Sequence record: PZ386946.1
DNA length: 44,504 bases
Reading direction: 5' to 3' (one strand)
From: a phage
The notes under the pieces were generated by a model, which did not search any database, was not told the DNA's origin, and was given only the letters and a program-made list of their open reading frames with translations. Positions 29,403 through 37,676 of this stretch are shown here, one piece after another; within the stretch, counting starts at the first letter, position 1, and each line of letters opens with the position of its first letter. The position numbers and the translations under genes are program-made.

Positions 29403-29824
29403 TTTTGAATATCACAGACAAAGAAGATTACATTGAGTTTTACCCTGGTCCAGTTAAGTCATGCCCTAAAGAGGATGACGAACAAATCTTTTGCTCTGAC
29501 TGGGTTAAGTACAACTATCCGAAGATTGTTTATTGGCACACTGTTAATGAATCGATGAAGAGCATTGGTCAAGCAAGAAAAGACCAGGCTAAGGGGCTTC
29601 TCAAAGGCGTATCAGACTGCATGTTTTTGATACCTGAATCCGTGCGAGGAAGGTATCAATTTGGCGCAATAGAGATAAAGAGAGCAGGAAAAACTCAAGC
29701 AAGCCCAGTCAGCAGTGAACAGAAGTCCTTCCTGAAAAGCGTAAGAGAATCAGGAGGCTTCGCGGCTGTTGCCTACGGTCGCGAGGGTTTTCTGGCAGCA
29801 TTTAAAGAAATGATTTCAAAATAG
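29399..29824 (+). CDS. VRR-NUC domain nuclease (putative)
   Basis: PD-(D/E)XK-like D...EIK (SDCMFLIPE...AIEIKRAG); non-ATG start (TTG 29399 or 29405, GGAGG RBS); overlaps helicase stop. Confidence 0.55.
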   Translation: MILNITDKEDYIEFYPGPVKSCPKEDDEQIFCSDWVKYNYPKIVYWHTVNESMKSIGQARKDQAKGLLKGVSDCMFLIPESVRGRYQFGAIEIKRAGKTQASPVSSEQKSFLKSVRESGGFAAVAYGREGFLAAFKEMISK

Positions 29825-29864
29825 CACGAATTGCTAAATATTAATCGGTGAGGTGGTGTATTAT
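29820..29864 (+). promoter_or_regulatory. bipartite motif copy
   Basis: overlaps stop TAG of VRR-NUC gene; TATTATCACTTCATCGAAACGA downstream. Confidence 0.5.
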
Positions 29865-29896
29865 CACTTCATCGAAACGAATAAGGAGATAAAGAA

Positions 29897-30103
29897 ATGA
29901 AATTAATGAAATTGAAACCTATCGATATCAGAGTTGGTGATTATATCTATACTGGATATACAGGAAAAAAGAAATGGCGAAGAGTATCTGAAATAATTGT
30001 CCAATCAGCATATAGGTATACATTCACCATGCCATCGTGGAACTTATCATCTGGTAGTGGTTGTGAATTTTTAGTAAAGGGTGTTCGTAACAATACTTTT
30101 TAA
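29897..30103 (+). CDS. hypothetical protein
   Basis: 68 aa ORF after bipartite motif, RBS AAGGAG. Confidence 0.45.
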   Translation: MKLMKLKPIDIRVGDYIYTGYTGKKKWRRVSEIIVQSAYRYTFTMPSWNLSSGSGCEFLVKGVRNNTF

Positions 30104-30105
30104 TT

Positions 30106-30150
30106 AATAGCACGAATTGCTAAAGACGATTTTAAAAGATGGGGTATAGT
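30106..30150 (+). promoter_or_regulatory. bipartite motif copy
   Basis: AATAGCACGAATTGCTAAAG, 22 nt, TATAGTTACTCTATCGAAACGAAACG. Confidence 0.5.
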
Positions 30151-30186
30151 TACTCTATCGAAACGAAACGCAGAGAGAGAAACAAA

Positions 30187-30381
30187 ATGGCTACTATCTA
30201 CACTGGTAAATTATACGAATCACGCAAAACTGGTTACGAGTATGAATTAGTAATCACCGCTGATGGTTATGTTCTTGACGATGGTGAAGGTTATGCTTTC
30301 GAAGTTATCCCAACCTACAAGGATGATTTAGAGACTGTTAAAAACGTATTTGGCGAAAAATTTGACGAGGTATCAGAATGA
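30187..30381 (+). CDS. hypothetical acidic protein
   Basis: ATG 30187 (track start 30139 lies in motif); N-terminus MATIYTGKLYE similar to 1637 ORF. Confidence 0.45.
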   Translation: MATIYTGKLYESRKTGYEYELVITADGYVLDDGEGYAFEVIPTYKDDLETVKNVFGEKFDEVSE

Positions 30382-30536
30382 GAGAGGCAATCGTAAACTG
30401 GAAAACCGGAGAAGATTCAAAGTTCTTCTTCAATACATTCCAACAATATATTGACAAGTTTGTTTTCGTGATTGATGGTGGATGTGAGGTTGTTGTTCCA
30501 ATTAAGCTGGTTGATGGATTGGAGGTATCAGAATAA
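30378..30536 (+). CDS. hypothetical small protein (52 aa)
   Basis: not in track; ATGA overlap with upstream stop and stop overlapping next start; fills otherwise uncovered coupled array. Confidence 0.35.
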   Translation: MREAIVNWKTGEDSKFFFNTFQQYIDKFVFVIDGGCEVVVPIKLVDGLEVSE

Positions 30537-30757
30537 TGGCTATCTTTACTTTTGATAAGCAATGGGAGCTATTTCAGGCAATGGCAGCTCAGGAGTTGAC
30601 TAAGGCTGGATATAAACATGATGTTTGGGATTTGGCGTGGTGCCTTGATTATAGTTTTGAAGAAGACTACCTGAACACTGATATTGAAACATGGCGCGAC
30701 CGCATGGTTGCTGATATCGAAGAGATGAAAAAAGATTGCCCGGAGGATTTTGAATAA
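30536..30757 (+). CDS. hypothetical acidic protein
   Basis: 73 aa ORF in coupled array. Confidence 0.45.
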   Translation: MAIFTFDKQWELFQAMAAQELTKAGYKHDVWDLAWCLDYSFEEDYLNTDIETWRDRMVADIEEMKKDCPEDFE

Positions 30758-30882
30758 TGAAAATTGTAGATAAAGAGATGTTTAGGGTTGCCCAGAATTT
30801 TGCTGAATTTGCAGTTGAGTTTCAATCAGAAGAGCATTGGATGTGCGCTAGAGAATATCTAAAAATGGCTTACGGATTATGA
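30757..30882 (+). CDS. hypothetical small protein (41 aa)
   Basis: not in track; start overlaps upstream stop (TAATG), stop overlaps next start. Confidence 0.3.
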   Translation: MKIVDKEMFRVAQNFAEFAVEFQSEEHWMCAREYLKMAYGL

Positions 30883-31127
30883 TAGTTGAAACCGGACGCG
30901 CCGCCGTATGGGCGCATTGTGGAGAGGCAGGATTGCAGGATGACATTAAGAAAATATCACGATTCTTTGACATAAAAGATATCAGTGTTGTTTTTAATGG
31001 TAAATTCTCTTACATGGATGAGCGACCAAGAAAATATGTAAGAGTTAAGCCAGGTGTGAGAATTGATGTTAATGAGTTCCTCAAATCTGATGGATACAAG
31101 TTTAAGATAACGAAGCCTAAGGATTAA
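30879..31127 (+). CDS. hypothetical protein
   Basis: 82 aa ORF in coupled array. Confidence 0.45.
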   Translation: MIVETGRAAVWAHCGEAGLQDDIKKISRFFDIKDISVVFNGKFSYMDERPRKYVRVKPGVRIDVNEFLKSDGYKFKITKPKD

Positions 31128-31129
31128 GT

Positions 31130-31381
31130 ATGTTGGGTTTAGATTTCCAGCCAGAGCATTACGATTTAGTGCATGGGAAAAGTGGAGCGAAGTTTAGGGC
31201 AATACCTATTGCTGATTGGTTCCCTCCCGATTATGTGGATGTGAACGCAAAAACTAAAGAAGGTAAGTGGGTGCAGATTTATCACTCTCCAGCATGCGGA
31301 AACCTTTGCATGACTGACCTTGACCAGAAGTTAACAATTAGTGCTGATTTAATCGACTACTGGTTGAAAGAAGTTGAATGA
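31130..31381 (+). CDS. hypothetical protein
   Basis: 83 aa ORF in coupled array. Confidence 0.45.
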   Translation: MLGLDFQPEHYDLVHGKSGAKFRAIPIADWFPPDYVDVNAKTKEGKWVQIYHSPACGNLCMTDLDQKLTISADLIDYWLKEVE

Positions 31382-31464
31382 AAAGCCTAATACTAGTAGC
31401 ATCGTTACCACTGTTTAGCTTTACTATCTTATACTTTATCGTAATGAATTAAGGAACTTATATA

Positions 31465-32595
31465 ATGGCAACTGCAAAGATTACAAACGAAGAGCTTCGC
31501 GAAGAACTAGCTAATGGCATGACCAACAAGGCAATCGCAGAGAAGTACGGAATGAACATTCGCAACGTTGAATTGCGTCGTAGTAAATTGGCCAAGCAAG
31601 GTGAAGGACATGGTCGTGATGTTAGCAACCTAATTCCCCAAGGTTATGCAGTTAAGGGCGTATCTAGCTTAATTGGTGCTGATGGTGAGATTAAGCAGCA
31701 ATGGGTTAAATCCGATATCGACAAGGAGAAGCAAGAAGAGATGATGCTTCAGGCAATTCAGGCACTAAATGATGATTTGCCTCGCGAGAAACCAAAGCCG
31801 CTCAGCGTATCATCATTTGAGGACACCCTTAGCCTTTACCCTGTATTTGACCTTCACATTGGCGCAATGGCTCACCATGCTGAGTGCGGCGAGAACTATA
31901 GCACTGAAATCGCCGAGCGAGTTCTTAATAGTTATTTTGATTACGCCGTTGCAAAGGCACCAAACTCCAAGAAAGCTGTATTGCTGATTGGCGGTGACTT
32001 CCTTCACTCTGACGGAATGGAGGCGGTAACCCCAACCAGTCGTCATATTCTTGATCAGGATAGCCGTTATCACAAACTAGTTTACGTAGCAGTGAGAGCT
32101 ACCCGACGAGCAATTAGTCGTATGCTTGATAAGCACGCCGAGGTTGAGGTGCAGATTATCCCAGGAAACCACGATCTTTCAGGAATGATTTGGTTGCGTG
32201 CAGCAATGGCAGCTTTCTATATGGATGAGCCTCGGGTTAATGTTGATGCGTCCCCCGCCGCACTTCACGTAACGCAGTTCGGAAAGACGCTGCTTGGTTA
32301 CTGTCATGGACATGAACTCAAAAAGCCTGACACCAGACTATCAACACTAGCGCGAGATCATCGCAAGGCTTTTGGTGAATCGGAGTATGTTTACACACAT
32401 TCTGGCCATTACCACCATCAAACGATTACAGAGGGCAACCTAGGTATTGATGAGTCTCATGGTCAGCTTGGGGCGAAAGATGCGTACAGTGCTAACGGAG
32501 GATATCGATCTTACCGACAGGCTTCAGTAATTATCTACAGCCCGAAGTTTGGTGAGATTGGTCGATTCACTTGCCGACCTGAAATGTTTAGCTAA
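31465..32595 (+). CDS. calcineurin-like metallophosphoesterase with N-terminal HTH-like domain
   Basis: 376 aa; phosphoesterase motifs DLHIG, GGDFLHSDG, PGNHD, CHGHE, HSGHYHH; N-terminal about 50 aa HTH-like (MTNKAIAEKYGMNIRNVELRRSKL). Confidence 0.7.
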   Translation: MATAKITNEELREELANGMTNKAIAEKYGMNIRNVELRRSKLAKQGEGHGRDVSNLIPQGYAVKGVSSLIGADGEIKQQWVKSDIDKEKQEEMMLQAIQALNDDLPREKPKPLSVSSFEDTLSLYPVFDLHIGAMAHHAECGENYSTEIAERVLNSYFDYAVAKAPNSKKAVLLIGGDFLHSDGMEAVTPTSRHILDQDSRYHKLVYVAVRATRRAISRMLDKHAEVEVQIIPGNHDLSGMIWLRAAMAAFYMDEPRVNVDASPAALHVTQFGKTLLGYCHGHELKKPDTRLSTLARDHRKAFGESEYVYTHSGHYHHQTITEGNLGIDESHGQLGAKDAYSANGGYRSYRQASVIIYSPKFGEIGRFTCRPEMFS

Positions 32596-32668
32596 TAGCA
32601 CCTTTTGTTAATAAAGCCTCAAAGGATTGAGGCAAAATGAATAAACGATAAAGAGATGAGGAATTGTA

Positions 32669-33142
32669 ATGATTTACGTATTTGATATCGATGGAACTAT
32701 AGCTAATAATGAGCATAGAAGTCACCTCTTGCCATTAAGCGACCTTCACTTGACTTCAAGTTGGAAGGATTACAATAAAGCCTGTTCTGGAGACTCACCA
32801 ATAATTCCAATGATAAAAATGATGAATGCTTTAGCTGAGTCATCTCAAGTTTACATAATGACCTCAAGAAGTGATGAAGTTGAATGGAGAACCCTTGAGT
32901 GGCTTCAGGATAATGATGTTGAATATGATTCAATACGCATGAGAAGCAGACATGACAACCGAAAGGATTACTTAATTAAAGAGGAGTGGCTAAATAATCT
33001 TTGCGACGGAAAAAAGGAAGAGATAGTTATATTTGAAGATAACCCTCAGGTTATAAAACACTTAAGAAATTGTGGATATGCAGTTATGGCCGTATGTGAA
33101 TATGAAGAGCTACCTAAAGATTGCGAATCTCACGGAGAATGA
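32669..33142 (+). CDS. HAD-family phosphatase (T4 Pnk 3'-phosphatase-like / nucleotidase-like)
   Basis: 157 aa; N-terminal DxDGT motif (FDIDGTIA), further blocks (IMTSRSDE, RHDNRKDYLIKEE, IFEDNPQVI) recalled as similar to the T4 polynucleotide kinase phosphatase domain. Confidence 0.65.
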   Translation: MIYVFDIDGTIANNEHRSHLLPLSDLHLTSSWKDYNKACSGDSPIIPMIKMMNALAESSQVYIMTSRSDEVEWRTLEWLQDNDVEYDSIRMRSRHDNRKDYLIKEEWLNNLCDGKKEEIVIFEDNPQVIKHLRNCGYAVMAVCEYEELPKDCESHGE

Positions 33143-33144
33143 AA

Positions 33145-33699
33145 ATGACTAAATTATTTATCCTTAACGGCCCCGCTGGAGTTGGCAAGGACACTATAGC
33201 GGATATCATGGTTGAGACTGGTGTTGTTGATGGGAAAGTTTCATTCAAGTCACCAATGTTCGATGTAGCCAAGGGGATGCTATCAAAGGATGAATTTGAT
33301 TGGTTTATTGAGAACTACAACAACCGAGACGAGAAAGAAAAGAATCAAGAGATACTTGGCGGTAAAAGCATTCGAGAATTCATGATTTGGATTAGCGAGT
33401 CTGTAATGAAGCCAGTCTTTGGTGATTATGTTTTCGGTAAAAGGCTCGCCCAGTCACTTGGTGATGGTTGCTACATTTGCGCTGACGGTGGGTTTGCTAG
33501 CGAGATTAAGCCACTGATCGACACTGGTGTTGAGGTCACGTTAATCAGGTTGCATAGGGAAGGGTACACATTTTATGGCGATAGTCGCTCATACATTCAC
33601 GGGGTGTGTGCAAGAGAGATTGATGTTCATGTTGTTGATTGTGATATTAATGGAACATCATCATTGGTAAGGCACGTAATAAATAGCACGAATTGCTAA
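33145..33699 (+). CDS. P-loop nucleotide kinase (dNMP kinase-like), paralog 1
   Basis: ATG 33145 (track 33121 is TTG); Walker A LNGPAGVGKDT; overall block pattern recalled as resembling T4/T5 dNMP kinases; C-terminus reads through the motif (ends INSTNC). Confidence 0.65.
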   Translation: MTKLFILNGPAGVGKDTIADIMVETGVVDGKVSFKSPMFDVAKGMLSKDEFDWFIENYNNRDEKEKNQEILGGKSIREFMIWISESVMKPVFGDYVFGKRLAQSLGDGCYICADGGFASEIKPLIDTGVEVTLIRLHREGYTFYGDSRSYIHGVCAREIDVHVVDCDINGTSSLVRHVINSTNC

Positions 33700-33726
33700 A
33701 GATAATAGTAAAAACTGGGTTATCAT
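33682..33726 (+). promoter_or_regulatory. bipartite motif copy
   Basis: motif lies inside the 3' end of kinase paralog 1 coding frame; TATCATTAACACATCGAAACGA downstream. Confidence 0.45.
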
Positions 33727-33767
33727 TAACACATCGAAACGAGATGAACCAAACGAGGAAAAACAAA

Positions 33768-33944
33768 ATGACTAAAATGATTTACTGCACAAAGAACAAC
33801 TCCAAGACGCTTCCATTTACAGTTAACCAGCCGTACAATGCAGAGTATCAGGGTGACGGATATTACAAGATTTACGGAGACGATATGACGTGGATTTTAG
33901 CACCGATTGATGGTTCGCTGGTTGAATTTATTATCGCAGACTAG
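33768..33944 (+). CDS. hypothetical small protein
   Basis: ATG 33768 (track start 33693 lies in motif); followed by strong terminator 33971..33998. Confidence 0.4.
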   Translation: MTKMIYCTKNNSKTLPFTVNQPYNAEYQGDGYYKIYGDDMTWILAPIDGSLVEFIIAD

Positions 33945-33970
33945 CGCATCTAAAACATAGCTTTACAAGT

Positions 33971-33998
33971 GGGGGGCCTTTTGGCTCCCCTTTTTTTT
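33971..33998 (+). terminator. rho-independent terminator
   Basis: hairpin GGGGGGCC-TTTT-GGCTCCCC followed by TTTTTTTT. Confidence 0.7.
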
Positions 33999-34075
33999 GC
34001 TTCTTTTCCGAACAGGGCTACTGTATCATGTTTACACTAACTTAAACATTGACAAATAGACAAATGGAGGATCAC

Positions 34076-34291
34076 ATGAGGGAAGTAATCAACGCCGCTA
34101 CGGCGTCAACTGGAGGGGCAGCGGTAACTGGCGCGGCAACTGGTCAAATGACTATAGCAATAATCAGCCTTATCGCTCTAATCATTTTTGGTGCGTGGGG
34201 AGCTTACTGGAAGTTTAAAGATAGCCAGGCTATTCGGCGAGCGCTTGAGTCTGGCGACCTAAAAACAGCAATCAATATAAGGAGCAAATAA
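34076..34291 (+). CDS. holin (pinholin-like, putative)
   Basis: 72 aa from ATG 34076 (GGAGG RBS); weakly hydrophobic Gly/Ala-rich segment followed by strong TM helix IAIISLIALIIFGAWGAYW and charged C-terminus; immediately upstream of SAR endolysin. Confidence 0.55.
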   Translation: MREVINAATASTGGAAVTGAATGQMTIAIISLIALIIFGAWGAYWKFKDSQAIRRALESGDLKTAINIRSK

Positions 34292-34777
34292 ATGAAGCAA
34301 AAGCTGCTAATTAGCGCGGCTACGGCTGCGGCAATATACATCGCAGCGCCGCTTATTGAGCTCGTTGAGGGTGTGGAGAACAAGCCTTACATGGACATTG
34401 CCGGAATCCCTACAGTTTGTTCTGGTATTACTGGTCCTGACGTTGTTTGGGGTAAGACTTACAGCAATAGTGAGTGCCGTAACCTGCTGGAGAAACACAT
34501 CCAGATTCATGCTAAGTATGTTCAGGATGCAGTTACCTACCCAATCGCACCGCAGACAAGGGCAGCGTTAATCAGCTTTAGCTATAATGTTGGCGGCTCA
34601 GCGATGAGGAAGTCTACGGCTGTAAGGCTAATCAACCAGGGTAAAGTGGAGCAAGGTTGTAAGGCTTTGAGTCTTTGGAATAAAGCTACCGTTAATGGCA
34701 AGAAGGTTGTGGTTAAGGGCTTGGTAAACCGCAGGAATGAGGAGATTAAGTTATGCTTAAGCGGATTGCAGCGTTAG
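34292..34777 (+). CDS. SAR endolysin (lysozyme, GH24-like)
   Basis: 161 aa; N-terminal signal-anchor-release-like hydrophobic Ala/Gly-rich segment; lysozyme catalytic region ELVEGVENKPYMDIAGIPTVCSG. Confidence 0.8.
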   Translation: MKQKLLISAATAAAIYIAAPLIELVEGVENKPYMDIAGIPTVCSGITGPDVVWGKTYSNSECRNLLEKHIQIHAKYVQDAVTYPIAPQTRAALISFSYNVGGSAMRKSTAVRLINQGKVEQGCKALSLWNKATVNGKKVVVKGLVNRRNEEIKLCLSGLQR

Positions 34778-35142
34778 TAATGTGCGTAGCTTTATATGGA
34801 TGTTCAGCAACATCTGCTCTGACTGGTTTGATTGGCAGTAAGCCAGAGATTAGCGCTCAAGCAGGTGCCGAGAACAATAAGGTTGGTGTTGGGTTAACGA
34901 ACAAGGTTGACTCCAGCAACTCCAGTGAAACCACGGTTAAGGATTCTAAGGTTGGGTCACTTGATAGCTCTAGCGGGAAAAAGACTGCTGACAACTCTAT
35001 TAAGGCCTCAACAATTACCGCCGAAAAGATTGAAATTACCAATAACGAATCATCAGCGCTTCCGTGGGTTGGAACAGGAGCTATGGGGTTGCTTGTTCTG
35101 ATTCTCCCGGCCTTAATCTTAAGACGTAAAAAAGCCTCCTAA
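34753..35142 (+). CDS. unimolecular spanin (T1 gp11-like)
   Basis: 129 aa; N-terminal lipoprotein signal with lipobox LYGCS, Ser/Thr-rich periplasmic region, C-terminal TM helix plus RRKK; embedded in endolysin 3' end. Confidence 0.7.
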   Translation: MLKRIAALVMCVALYGCSATSALTGLIGSKPEISAQAGAENNKVGVGLTNKVDSSNSSETTVKDSKVGSLDSSSGKKTADNSIKASTITAEKIEITNNESSALPWVGTGAMGLLVLILPALILRRKKAS

Positions 35143-35150
35143 TGGAGGCT
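35125..35150. terminator. bidirectional hairpin terminator between lysis cassette and minus-strand operon
   Basis: AAAAAGCCTCC-TAAT-GGAGGCTATATTTTT. Confidence 0.6.
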
Positions 35151-35156
35151 ATATTT

Positions 35157-35492
35157 TTAGCTAAATAACTCGTCGTCAGTCATTGTTCCTATGTTCATCA
35201 TCTCTTTTATGTACTTGCTCTCATACCCGCTAAGCGCCTCGAAATTGAAATCAAACGGCCTCTTCAAGCTACCCTTGCTAACAAACTCACCACACTTACC
35301 ATCAATGTATCCCGCACTAAGCATCTTCGCGCAAAACTCTTTTGAAGCCGCGCTGCAAAACTCTCGATGTGATAAACCCGCCGCCTTGCTGAATCTCTGA
35401 GAGTCCTTATGTTGGTATATGAATCGCGCCAAATGCTGGCGCGTGAAAAAGCTGTAAGATTCGCAAAAACGGTATATATCCAGAATAAACAT
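35157..35492 (-). CDS. hypothetical protein
   Basis: 111 aa, GAGG RBS; last gene of minus-strand accessory operon before bidirectional terminator. Confidence 0.45.
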   Translation of the reverse strand: MFILDIYRFCESYSFFTRQHLARFIYQHKDSQRFSKAAGLSHREFCSAASKEFCAKMLSAGYIDGKCGEFVSKGSLKRPFDFNFEALSGYESKYIKEMMNIGTMTDDELFS

Positions 35493-35580
35493 TTCAACCT
35501 CAATGTAGCATAATTGCTAAAATATATGGCCCAACCAAGCAAAGAGCAACAATAACCAACCAGTATTTATTTAGCATAGA

Positions 35581-37164
35581 TCACCCCAATAGTCTTGGAT
35601 TAATGTAAACTTTATCACCAATCAGGCAAGTATAGTTTTTCTCATCAAGCATTGGCAGCAAGTGATCTTTAATCTTCGTCATTACTCCCGCTTGAGCCTC
35701 GAACGGCTTAACCTTTCGAGCCGCTTCATACAACGAACGAATGCCTACTACTCCTTTCCCGTTTTTGCCTTGCTTAATCAGAATGTCAATCAGCTTGTTC
35801 ATCTCGGCATTGTCTCCAGCGTGACCAGCCGCGTTGGCAGATGACAAATAAGTCTTGCTAAGTTCCTGGAACATAATTACAGCTTCCTGCATTGTATCAA
35901 GCTCAATTTCTCTCGACTTCTGAGGGCTACCGCCATTTGGGTTGAACCAGTTGCGCACAGTGTGAAGAACGGCCGCAATCCTGATTGCCTGCTTATCGAA
36001 CTTACCAAGCGCGCCGCGCAACATTGTGTGGGAATACTTACCGCCGTCCGCAAGGTGAGGTTCCATTTCCTGACGCGCGCGGTTGAGATATTTCATTGCT
36101 GAATTACTAACTGTCAACTTAACTTCTTGCTCATTCATTATCTCGTGAACTAAACGGAAGTAATCAGCCTTCAACCCGCCATCAATTGGTTCATAAGTCG
36201 ATTCGCCATTTTCATCAACGAATACACGCTCGCCCAGGAATGACTTTTCACGTACAAGCAGGAAACGCTCAGATACACCGATACCACGCGCGCCAGCGTT
36301 CATGATAGCGTTGATTGTCTCATCCTGTGCAATTACAGAGATGCAACCCATAGCAACGAAACTCATGTTGTTTTCTGCGTTCGCACGCGCGATAGATACG
36401 TTACCCGCATCCCATGCTTTAAGCACAAGCTCACTGTTCGTTTTCTTTGATCCGTCACCATAGGTCATGCCTAATAGTGAGTTAACGCTAGTTGCTTCGT
36501 CAGAAATTACCGCGAAGCTTCCCTGGCGGTTGTTTATTCGCGCAAGACCTTCAGGTGTGGTATCGGACACGGGGAAAACGATATCGCACAGCTTTTCCAG
36601 TTTTTCCTCTAGCTCTTCTTTTTCCTCGAAAAGAGAAGCCATCTCTGACGGAGATTTTTCCTGCTTCATCTCTTTGGATAACGCAGATAGTTTAGCCATG
36701 ATTTTCTTGCGCTCACGCTTTCGCACTTCATTCAGTCTCTCAGTCTCGGCAATCATTGGTGCAATTGAAAGTGAGTTAATGGCTGACTTACCAGTCGATG
36801 GAGGCTGACTTGTAACTACGTACAGAGACGTAGGCTGCTGAGTTCCATGATACTCAACTGTAAAGCGTCCCAGCATGGCAGCGGAAATACACCCCAGGAA
36901 GTGCATATAAGCTGAAGACTCAGGGAACTGAACCGAGCGAGCGATGTTAGATGAGAGTTTTCCGACAATATCAACATCATTGCCTAGTGAGATTACGGGA
37001 TACTTGTCATTAGCCGCATCAATCTCGACTGGCGCTTTCCAGAATGATTGAGACTGGCGATAGCCATTAGCATTGATAGCGACGCGCAGTGGTGGGAGGT
37101 TGTCTGCGGCAGCGATTGCCATAACCTGTTCAACAGATAGTTTATCTTCGTTGAAATCAAACAT
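35581..37164 (-). CDS. DUF3987-like P-loop NTPase with C-terminal wHTH-like domain (putative replication/recombination ATPase)
   Basis: 527 aa; Walker A-like VTSQPPSTGKSA, Walker B-like FAVISDEATS, central coiled-coil, C-terminal GKNGKGVVGIRSLYEAARKV; N- and C-terminal ends shared with ORF 39916..40461. Confidence 0.55.
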   Translation of the reverse strand: MFDFNEDKLSVEQVMAIAAADNLPPLRVAINANGYRQSQSFWKAPVEIDAANDKYPVISLGNDVDIVGKLSSNIARSVQFPESSAYMHFLGCISAAMLGRFTVEYHGTQQPTSLYVVTSQPPSTGKSAINSLSIAPMIAETERLNEVRKRERKKIMAKLSALSKEMKQEKSPSEMASLFEEKEELEEKLEKLCDIVFPVSDTTPEGLARINNRQGSFAVISDEATSVNSLLGMTYGDGSKKTNSELVLKAWDAGNVSIARANAENNMSFVAMGCISVIAQDETINAIMNAGARGIGVSERFLLVREKSFLGERVFVDENGESTYEPIDGGLKADYFRLVHEIMNEQEVKLTVSNSAMKYLNRARQEMEPHLADGGKYSHTMLRGALGKFDKQAIRIAAVLHTVRNWFNPNGGSPQKSREIELDTMQEAVIMFQELSKTYLSSANAAGHAGDNAEMNKLIDILIKQGKNGKGVVGIRSLYEAARKVKPFEAQAGVMTKIKDHLLPMLDEKNYTCLIGDKVYINPRLLG

Positions 37165-37238
37165 TACTTCTCTCCGTATTGTTTCTGAGCGGCCATTATA
37201 TCAACGACCGCTTATAATTCATTATAAATTTGTGCTAT

Positions 37239-37592
37239 TTACAGGTACTGTGCTTCAAATCTGTAGTCGCCGCAGATTGTAATAAAGCCAACCTCATCAT
37301 CCCTGAAAAGTTGCCATGCATTTCCATCTTTATCGTAAATGTATCCAGCGCGCTGACCAAGTCCAGCATGTAGAGCAACTTGATATCGCTTTCCTTGAGT
37401 GAAGTATTTGCGAATAGATGAACGATGATTAACCTTTGTGCAGTAAATTGTCTTTGTCTTTATGTACTTACCACGCTCTTCAAGGTTAATCCATTTCCCA
37501 TCTTTCTTGATTTGCTCAACTCCATCTTTAACTCGAGCCTTGTATAAATTATTACTAGCGTCAACAAAGTTTTTGGTCAGTGTGGTATTCAT
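37239..37592 (-). CDS. hypothetical protein
   Basis: 117 aa; preceded on minus strand by motif, TATATT and ATCGAAACGAAACG leader plus AAAGGA RBS. Confidence 0.5.
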   Translation of the reverse strand: MNTTLTKNFVDASNNLYKARVKDGVEQIKKDGKWINLEERGKYIKTKTIYCTKVNHRSSIRKYFTQGKRYQVALHAGLGQRAGYIYDKDGNAWQLFRDDEVGFITICGDYRFEAQYL

Positions 37593-37629
37593 GATTATTT
37601 TCCTTTCGTCGTTTCGTTTCGATGAGATG

Positions 37630-37676
37630 AATATACAGGAAAAGCCCAGAAGGGCTTTAGCAATTTGTGCTATTTA
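37630..37676 (-). promoter_or_regulatory. bipartite motif copy, minus orientation (variant AATAGCACAAATTGCTAAAG)
   Basis: spacer contains hairpin AGCCC-TTCT-GGGCT plus T-run; followed by ATCGAAACGAAACG leader of 37239..37592. Confidence 0.45.

Noticed and set aside
35264-35542. 92-aa minus-strand ORF overlapping 35157..35492 in another frame
   Set aside because: It is an out-of-frame overlap with a better-supported ORF that has an RBS; likely spurious.
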